Origin: Kiritimatiellia bacterium
GTDB lineage: Bacteria; Verrucomicrobiota; Kiritimatiellia; RFP12; UBA3636
Direction of reading: 5' to 3'
DNA length: 64,000 bases
Assembly (NCBI GenBank): GCA_017481725.1
Contig: JAFUOX010000043.1
Span: 12,757 to 76,756, forward strand
In this document: piece by piece, positions 57,075-64,000 of the stretch
Position numbering within the stretch: the first letter of the stretch is position 1
Layout of the letters: every line of letters starts with the position of its first letter
The notes under the pieces: generated by a model
The model's input: only the letters and a program-made list of their open reading frames with translations
Told to the model about the DNA's origin: nothing
Database searches by the model: none
Translations under genes and position numbers: made by a program

Positions 57075-59495
57075 TACCCAATAACCAGGTAATTTACTAA
57101 TGTCATCGGCTGGCTCTCGCTCATAAACGGATGAAGGAACCTTTTGCTTTTCTGGTAAAATATAGGATAGAACTGCCGCAGGAGGAAGAATTGTCTCCCA
57201 TACTGTATACTCACTGGCTGCGACAGAATACTGCTCTACATTAGCAAATCGCCTAAAGAATGGCCACTTGTTAATGTTATCCCATCCATATACCATATTC
57301 TTCGCATCCATATTTACACCAAAATTCCATCTATATGGTGTAATTCCTGCTACATATTCTGGAATCTTATCTGCTACACTCTGTAGTTCCAAGAATTTAA
57401 CCGGATATACAACTCCCATTCCACTAGTTAAGCATTGCCCATTGGGATTTGCTCCATTGTGAAAATCATTAGCTAGATAAACTGCATCTAAATATTTGCT
57501 TTCCCCTGTAAAGAAATGTGCTGCAATAAGAATTTGTGCACGACGGAATGGGTGAGAATTTCCCCAGCTCATTGTATGCACAAACTTGTGATCCGATGGA
57601 TACCATGGCATGCGATATGGGTACGCTGTTTCCAATGTCTCTAGTATGGAATCTGCTTCGTTAATTCTGCGACGCATAAAATCCTTGCGATATAGCTCAA
57701 TTCCAGGATCAATAGGTTGATCTTTAAAGCCAAACTCCATAAAATCAAAAGGATTCCAGCCCCAGCTTGATTTATTGGTTTGCTGCTTCAAATCATCCAA
57801 TCGAGCAACTACTGGAGCAAAATACGACAAATCACCTGTCATCGCAGATAGATTTAATGCAGCTGTTAGGATTGGCTTAACTTCATATTTTTCTGGCTCT
57901 GTATAAACAACATCAATAGCATTCTCCGGAACCCATTTGCCAACATACCCCTTTAACTTCTGAACAACTGGTGGGTTCTTTTGAGTCCAGTCCCAAGCAC
58001 GCTTTGCACTTTCCAAAAGCTCCTGAGCCTTTTCATCTTGACCAGCTGCTTTAAATGCACGAGCAACCAAAGCAGCTGTACCAGCATAATCATAGCAGGA
58101 GTCATGGGTTGGTCTTGCAATAAAGTATTTATGATATTCACTGTCTCTTTCTGGACTGTCAGTATCGCCACCAGGGTGTCCTGTAGTTTCAATCCATGTA
58201 CCAACGCCACCATCCTCTTGCTGTGCCGCTTGAAGATGCTTAATTCCCCAGTATGCTTCATCAAGAATATCTGGGATGCCATTGCCAGATTCTGGTATTG
58301 TTAGCTGTCCGTCAAAGAACTTATCTGGATTTATCAAATATGAAATTGACAATGCACGAGGAATAATTAGGTGCATAGGGCGGCGGTCATAGTCTGCTGC
58401 ATCATGATAGCCTCCAGGAATGTGAATTGGATTTTCCAAATCACATAGCTCCATGCTGGCTTGAATTGTTGGAAAATGATTAAATTTAACTGGCTTTCCT
58501 TTATTGTCTAATATCTCCTTTCCATCTGCAGGAGAAATGCACCAGCCATACTGACCTTGATCTGAAGGATTAAGCCCGCGATATACATTCAAATGACATG
58601 CCTCAGAAGGCCACTTTGTCCAAGGCTCCTTCTTTTCAATACCACAGCGTTTGTTGAACAAACCTTGCATATGGTGCCCCCAAGCCGTCACTATCGCCTC
58701 GTTTGAGATATTAAAATTCATACTTCTTCCCAAACCATCAATAGCAAGGTAATATGTCCCCTCTTTATTTAGTGCCGTCAAATCGATTTCAAGTACCTCT
58801 TCACCGACAAATGGTGTGCCATTCTTTTCTGGATCATCACCGCGTAATGTTAAGGTTCCGGTATATACAACATCATTATTCTTGGCATTTATTACCTTAA
58901 ACTCTTTACCGGCAAACTGCTTTAATGGCAATGGACCAGTTAGACCAAGCCAATCACCAACATAAGCAAATTTACGTGCCGTTGGAATATACCCTACCTG
59001 ATTTACCTTAAAGATTGGAGTAGGCACACTTGGATCATAAGTAAACTTTCCTGCCATACCCAAATCAACAACAGTGCCTTTTTTCATTCTAGGCACCTTT
59101 ACAAACACGTTGTGAATGACCTCACCAGCCTTTATAGAAAATTGTGATCCATCAGCTTTTCTATAGCGTTTTGCACCATTAGCTTCTGGCCAATAAGAGC
59201 AAAAGCCAGGAATAGTTTTTAGACTTTCAGCAAATGGTGCTCTTACATTTTTCTCCATTTCTGCTTGAACCTCACGAAACAGTTTATCAATCTTCCAATT
59301 TCTTGGTTCATTGATAACCTCAGCAACCCGTGGTTCAGAGGCAAAAGCAACCTGCTCATCCTGGGTTATATCTGCTTGAACAAGAATGTATTTAGGGGTT
59401 AAGGCAGTGATTTTCCATTCAACTGCTTGTGCATCTGCTATGCAGCCGATTAGAAGCAAAAATGCCCATCTTGTTAATTTTGATTTTTTATACAT
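57066..59495 (-). CDS. glycoside hydrolase family 9-like lipoprotein (Ig-like CelD_N + (alpha/alpha)6 catalytic domain)
   Basis: Signal and lipobox MYKKSKLTRWAFLLLIGC. Also present: FKVNQVGYIPTARKFAYV (CelD_N-like), GGYHDAADYDRR (a variant of the GH9 DAGD motif) and GIPDILDEAYWGIKHLQAAQ. An upstream ATG at 59510 is possible. Confidence 0.75.
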   Translation of the reverse strand: MYKKSKLTRWAFLLLIGCIADAQAVEWKITALTPKYILVQADITQDEQVAFASEPRVAEVINEPRNWKIDKLFREVQAEMEKNVRAPFAESLKTIPGFCSYWPEANGAKRYRKADGSQFSIKAGEVIHNVFVKVPRMKKGTVVDLGMAGKFTYDPSVPTPIFKVNQVGYIPTARKFAYVGDWLGLTGPLPLKQFAGKEFKVINAKNNDVVYTGTLTLRGDDPEKNGTPFVGEEVLEIDLTALNKEGTYYLAIDGLGRSMNFNISNEAIVTAWGHHMQGLFNKRCGIEKKEPWTKWPSEACHLNVYRGLNPSDQGQYGWCISPADGKEILDNKGKPVKFNHFPTIQASMELCDLENPIHIPGGYHDAADYDRRPMHLIIPRALSISYLINPDKFFDGQLTIPESGNGIPDILDEAYWGIKHLQAAQQEDGGVGTWIETTGHPGGDTDSPERDSEYHKYFIARPTHDSCYDYAGTAALVARAFKAAGQDEKAQELLESAKRAWDWTQKNPPVVQKLKGYVGKWVPENAIDVVYTEPEKYEVKPILTAALNLSAMTGDLSYFAPVVARLDDLKQQTNKSSWGWNPFDFMEFGFKDQPIDPGIELYRKDFMRRRINEADSILETLETAYPYRMPWYPSDHKFVHTMSWGNSHPFRRAQILIAAHFFTGESKYLDAVYLANDFHNGANPNGQCLTSGMGVVYPVKFLELQSVADKIPEYVAGITPYRWNFGVNMDAKNMVYGWDNINKWPFFRRFANVEQYSVAASEYTVWETILPPAAVLSYILPEKQKVPSSVYEREPADDISKLPGYWVKP

Positions 59496-59654
59496 ACTAT
59501 AATACTCCAAATTTATGTTTTACTATAAACATCCTCGTTTGTTATTACTCATTATACATTTTTTTATAACGGTTGTTAATACAAAAAATGCACCAACAAA
59601 TTGTGTTTACAGCATATTGCTATAGAAACTTCCATTTACTTTAAAGTAATAATA

Positions 59655-61574
59655 TTAGCTCCAGATTGTTATGCGGGTTCCGGCATTTTTATCGTATGCG
59701 TCAAGAGCTGCTTGTCCACCTAAAACAGTTACTGTGTTTTTTGCTCGAGTTACTGCCGTATATACAATGCTTCGTGTGAGCAGAGGTGAATCTCCCTTGC
59801 TTGGTAGCAATAGCAATACATTCTTATACTGTGAACCCTGACTCTTGTGAACAGTAATAACATAAGCCTTTTCAAAAGCAGGTAAATTTTCGTATGGAAT
59901 TGAGCGTACTTGCTCGCCATCTAGAAAATATGCGTGATATCTATTAAGCTCTCCACGTAGGACAATTCCCATCTGCCCGTTGGTTAGTCCTAGTGCAGAA
60001 TTGTTCGCTGTTATAATAATTGGATAGAAGCTAGGGAAACGTTGCTTCTCGTGCCTACAGAGTGCTTCAAATAGCTTTTCATTGATATAATTACAACCCT
60101 CTGGTCCACTACGTAATACGGAAAGAGCTTGTGCTTGTTCTAGCTGTTTAAGAATTTTAATCTTTGAGTCCTCCTCATGGAGTAATGAGTTGAAGCCTAT
60201 TTCATTTATGAATTTATTTATCCAATTACGTACAGCCTTTACATAGTCAGTGGCAGTGTATGAGGCGGAATCATAGAAGCAATATGGCTTTTGCTTTTCA
60301 TCCCAAACATAATTAAGCTTGCCTTCTGCTGGTGCCGCAGCTCTTTGCTTTTCAAGTAATTGCTTTGTTTTGGCAATGTCATAAATGTCGCTAACGCCTC
60401 CACTTGCTCGATATGTTTTTGTGAGGCGTGTAATATTTTCAGTGCCGTCAAATTGCCTAATCAATGTTTGAAGCATATTTCCTGCATTAACGCTTGGGAG
60501 TTGCTGTGGGTCTCCCACAATTACTATGCGTGAATTTTTATCGACAGCAGCAAGGAATGATTCAAAAAGCTTGTTGTCTATCATTGATGCTTCGTCAATG
60601 ATAATGGTTTTGTAATGAAGAATGTTTGTGGCATTGTGTCTAAAGGTTAGTTCTGTAGAAAAGCTTTGACGTAGCAAATCGTGTATTGTTTTTGATGGAA
60701 TTGCACGAAGTAGGTCAGCATGCTCAATTTCCTTTGAACCAATTTCATTGCGAACGGCTTCACTTATGCGTTGGGCTGCTCGACCCGTTGGGGCAGCCAA
60801 AACAATTTCATTGGCAATTTGCTTTGCATCGCCAAAGTGGAGTAGTGCGCGAAGAAGCATTGTGATTGTGGTGGTTTTTCCAGTGCCTGGTCCACCTGTA
60901 ATGATAGATATATGATTTTTGCACCCATTGATTATAGCCGCAAGCTGTTCATCATTTATTTTGTCGCCTTTGTTTGATTTTACAAATGTTGCAATATCTT
61001 CTTCGCTTGTGGTCTCAAATCCTTCAAATGCACTTTTGTTGTTTTTTAGCTCCATGCAGGATTGTAAGGAGTTAAATTCGCTGAAGAAATCTGCTCTAAA
61101 GCAAAGCTTATCAATGCCGGTGCCAGTTTTGAAATAAATCAATGGTTTTGTTTCTTTTCTTAGCAGAGTAATTAACTCATCATTTGAACTAATCGCAGCA
61201 AAGCCATAGCTGATTTTCATTGGAGGCAAATCAACTATTTGTGCAGCATTGTATTTGCTAAGCTCATTGTAGAAGTCTTCTAAACTATTGAATGATATTT
61301 TCGATTCTGTAAATCTATTTAACAATTCATTGATGCTATTTGTGGCAATGTCGATTGCTGAGCCCCCATTCTTTCTTTCGATTAAAAGGTGGTAGGTAAG
61401 AATTCCTAAGATAGTATTGTAAACAAGAGTGTTGCCATTGGTTTTGCTAGAAGCAGCATCGCGCATATATTGAACATCAATTACATCAATCAATTTTTTT
61501 TCAAATAAATCTGCTGTGTATGCTTTTAATGTGTCAGCTGCGGTTTCAATCATTGATAAAGCTATATTTGTCAT
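59655..61574 (-). CDS. recD: RecD-like exodeoxyribonuclease V alpha subunit (SF1 helicase)
   Basis: ITGGPGTGKTTTI, LAAPTGRAAQR, IIIDEASMID, VGDPQQLPSV, ITVHKSQGSQY and YTAVTRAK motifs. Confidence 0.85.
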   Translation of the reverse strand: MTNIALSMIETAADTLKAYTADLFEKKLIDVIDVQYMRDAASSKTNGNTLVYNTILGILTYHLLIERKNGGSAIDIATNSINELLNRFTESKISFNSLEDFYNELSKYNAAQIVDLPPMKISYGFAAISSNDELITLLRKETKPLIYFKTGTGIDKLCFRADFFSEFNSLQSCMELKNNKSAFEGFETTSEEDIATFVKSNKGDKINDEQLAAIINGCKNHISIITGGPGTGKTTTITMLLRALLHFGDAKQIANEIVLAAPTGRAAQRISEAVRNEIGSKEIEHADLLRAIPSKTIHDLLRQSFSTELTFRHNATNILHYKTIIIDEASMIDNKLFESFLAAVDKNSRIVIVGDPQQLPSVNAGNMLQTLIRQFDGTENITRLTKTYRASGGVSDIYDIAKTKQLLEKQRAAAPAEGKLNYVWDEKQKPYCFYDSASYTATDYVKAVRNWINKFINEIGFNSLLHEEDSKIKILKQLEQAQALSVLRSGPEGCNYINEKLFEALCRHEKQRFPSFYPIIITANNSALGLTNGQMGIVLRGELNRYHAYFLDGEQVRSIPYENLPAFEKAYVITVHKSQGSQYKNVLLLLPSKGDSPLLTRSIVYTAVTRAKNTVTVLGGQAALDAYDKNAGTRITIWS

Positions 61575-61611
61575 AATTCATTCCTTGCTATGTGGTTATA
61601 GGCATCTAAGA

Positions 61612-64000
61612 TTAGTAGCTATTTTGCTGTTCAAAGGAAATTGCTTGATTTATTTCGCCTTTGATGCGCTCGCAGGTTGGAGCAAAGTCAGATGGACTCC
61701 AGACCTTTTCGTAGCAGCCCGCCTTCTCTCCTAATTGGCTTGCACCGCCGCGAACGAACATATAGATTGACCCTCCCAGTAGACTTGCTGCCTTTGTACC
61801 AAATAGTTTTTCTAACCATTGGATTGTTGCAACGGAATATATCTCATGCTGCAATGTATAATTTGCTTCTTCCATTGCCTCCAGTACTGTGGCAGAGTCA
61901 TAGCCTTGAAGCATGTTTGTCTTCCAGTCAAGAATATAGTATTTCCCATCCATACGGAAGAGTAAATCAATAAAGCCAATCATAATGTTGTTTTTTTGTT
62001 CTTCTGTTAGATAATCATTTTTGTTTATATAGAATTCTAACTCTGCCTTCATATCAGCAGTTTGAATTGAGCCTAGTGTTTTACTTCCAAGCATTTGAAT
62101 TGGAGTATTAAGTGTGTTCCATACCATTCGCTTCAATTCATTGGGGGCGGAGTCAATAATTTTATCGTTCTCGCCAAATATGTATTTATTTACTATGCCA
62201 TATTTCTGCATTGCAGTAGCAACGATTTCTTCAAGCCTCTTGTCTGTAAAAATGTAGCATTCTGGCAATTCTGCAACAGTTTTGAAATCTACACCACCCG
62301 TACCTTTTGCAAGCTGCTCCATGATTTCATGGAAGCATTTACCGAAGGTGGCTCCAGGAGGGAGTAGAGTAGGAGCTCTCTCTACTTGCTGCTTTGCTTC
62401 CTCTGGGGAATCTGTCTCGTCATTATCCTTGTCATTATCATCGCCAAAAGAAATTTCCTTTTGAGCATCCTTGTGATGCTGGTTGATTGAGCTAAAGCTA
62501 TCAAGTGAGATTTTGTTTCTCATCAAATTTGGAATGTCGTAGATAGGAGAAACAGAAGTATTATTATTTGTCTTTAGTTCAGCATCGTTATTGTTCGTGT
62601 TGTCAATATCCAAAACATTTGACTCTTCTGCTTTTGGAGAAATTAGAGTGATAATGCCGTTGTTTGTATTTTCTAGTTTTTGAAGTCTTTCGCTAATGAA
62701 TTCACATAATGGGTTGTCATCGCTTTTGCTGTGTCCTACGTTGTAATTTAATGGTAATCTAGATTCTTGTTCTTGCCCTCTTGGGAAGAAAATCATATAT
62801 TCCGCACGTGTAATAGCAACATATGTAAGCCTGCGAACTTCTCTTCTGTCATCATATTTTATAATATCTTTTATTTTGTCTGGCGCATTATCCAAATTAA
62901 AATAGAGCGTCTTAACAGTTTTGCTTCTTTCGTCATATCTTGAATAATGACAATTTCTAAGCTGTGTCGAAAGTGTTTGACAGAAACCAGCACAATAAAA
63001 GACAAATTTAAATTCAAGCCCTTTGGATGAATGCATTGTCATAATTTGGATACGAGGATCGTCAGTAACCTTTTTCAAGCTATTACCGTCTACTTCGTCT
63101 TCGTCGGATTTGTTCCTAATTCCTTTTAAGAAAGAAGGGAATTCATAAATAGACAATTGCTTTTCTTTTGTTGCAACAAGAAGCTCTTCAAATAGCTGGT
63201 TGTACGTTCCTAGTTTAATTTCTACTGTAACATCAGTCTTTGTTTTTTCTGATAGACGATAATATAATCCACTATCGTATAGCATAGAATGGAATAGTTT
63301 TTCCCAGCAGCTTGCATTAAGATATCCTAGCCACCTCTGGAAACATGGTAAGTCGAGACTGCTGATGTTTTCTAAATTTTTAATGTCGCGAGGATGTACG
63401 TCAAAGAAGTCTGTCAATAAAGCAGCATGTCTAAGCTTTCTATTATTAGGTTCAAGAAGAAACTTTAGAACAATTATTATAGCGGTTGCTTCGTCGGATT
63501 CATAAAGAGAAGAATCTTTTTTCAATATGTATGGTAGTTTGTGTCGCTTTAATACATTCGCTACTTTTATTGCATCTGAATTAGTTTTGACTAAGAAACA
63601 AAAATCACTATATTTTGTTGGTCCGACTGTTTCTTTTCCATTTTCGTTTTTTAAGTCAGTAATTTCTATACCATGTAATTTTTTAATAATAGTTGCACAA
63701 TTTTCAATGTAACAATTAAAATCTTTGAACAACTTAGTATCTACAATATTAACTGTTGAAAATCCTTCTGGAAACCATTTAGTTGTTTTTAAATTATTTT
63801 CAGGATGATCTACTTCGTTATATTCAAGTTCTTCGTTTTGTGCGCCTTCGGGTTTTTTCCCCCCATTAAACCATTCACCATTAAAAAATGTATTGAATGC
63901 CTTGACCATCTCGTTTGTGCAACGATAGGTCGTGGTCAATTGTTTTGTTTGTCCTTCAAGTTTATTTTCAATAATGTTTTTTGCTAGTAGATATGTGTTT
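61612..64000 (-). CDS. recB: RecB-like exodeoxyribonuclease V beta subunit, C-terminal part; the N-terminus lies off the right edge
   Basis: The frame stays open to nt 64000. UvrD-type C-terminal helicase motifs (IMTMHSSKGLEF, YVAITRAE) and the PD-(D/E)xK nuclease motif GFIDLLFR..YYILDWKTN are present. Confidence 0.8.
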   Translation of the reverse strand, partial: NTYLLAKNIIENKLEGQTKQLTTTYRCTNEMVKAFNTFFNGEWFNGGKKPEGAQNEELEYNEVDHPENNLKTTKWFPEGFSTVNIVDTKLFKDFNCYIENCATIIKKLHGIEITDLKNENGKETVGPTKYSDFCFLVKTNSDAIKVANVLKRHKLPYILKKDSSLYESDEATAIIIVLKFLLEPNNRKLRHAALLTDFFDVHPRDIKNLENISSLDLPCFQRWLGYLNASCWEKLFHSMLYDSGLYYRLSEKTKTDVTVEIKLGTYNQLFEELLVATKEKQLSIYEFPSFLKGIRNKSDEDEVDGNSLKKVTDDPRIQIMTMHSSKGLEFKFVFYCAGFCQTLSTQLRNCHYSRYDERSKTVKTLYFNLDNAPDKIKDIIKYDDRREVRRLTYVAITRAEYMIFFPRGQEQESRLPLNYNVGHSKSDDNPLCEFISERLQKLENTNNGIITLISPKAEESNVLDIDNTNNNDAELKTNNNTSVSPIYDIPNLMRNKISLDSFSSINQHHKDAQKEISFGDDNDKDNDETDSPEEAKQQVERAPTLLPPGATFGKCFHEIMEQLAKGTGGVDFKTVAELPECYIFTDKRLEEIVATAMQKYGIVNKYIFGENDKIIDSAPNELKRMVWNTLNTPIQMLGSKTLGSIQTADMKAELEFYINKNDYLTEEQKNNIMIGFIDLLFRMDGKYYILDWKTNMLQGYDSATVLEAMEEANYTLQHEIYSVATIQWLEKLFGTKAASLLGGSIYMFVRGGASQLGEKAGCYEKVWSPSDFAPTCERIKGEINQAISFEQQNSY

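Overview
This is a 64-kb bacterial chromosomal window, moderately AT-rich by eye. I saw no rRNA, tRNA or CRISPR array. About 50 consecutive genes lie on the + strand (nt 2-55414), and a convergent block on the - strand fills the rest (55506-64000).

Most content is core housekeeping:
- An RND efflux pump C-terminus (partial), a pdxK/thiD-family kinase, ybaK and cysK.
- An argJ-argB-argD-argG-(unknown)-proC operon, then rplM-rpsI.
- A DEAD-box helicase, PPi-dependent phosphofructokinase, tex, rsmB, a split hslO, prepilin peptidase, a MATE pump and infA.
- A complete rod-shape cluster (mreB-mreC-mreD-mrdA-rodA), RNase G, and a glnPQ-like amino-acid ABC system with a free and a permease-fused binding protein.
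- mnmE, glnA, a GH9 glycosidase lipoprotein, and recD plus a partial recB.

Lone GspG-type pseudopilins, PPi-PFK and basic low-complexity tails on RNA-binding proteins suggest a PVC-superphylum-like organism. That is inference only.

Items that deserve a second look:
1. A translationally coupled VTC-domain / DUF4956 / LamG-CotH-kinase operon. It looks like a split bacterial analogue of the eukaryotic VTC polyphosphate polymerase-translocase, joined to an exported atypical kinase.
2. A membrane-anchored protein whose C-terminal domain closely resembles the animal Hedgehog N-terminal (Zn, LAS/DD-peptidase) signalling domain.
3. A RAYT/IS200-like HUH gene carrying an in-frame, GC-rich, hairpin-bounded tandem-repeat insertion and an extra C-terminal domain.
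4. A DUF4143 AAA-ATPase gene flanked by 58/59-bp direct repeats of a bidirectional terminator.
5. An A9 tract that splits the N-terminus of the DEAD-box helicase.
6. An in-frame TAA that splits Hsp33 at its linker.

All functional calls come from reading the supplied translations against remembered family motifs. No searches were run.
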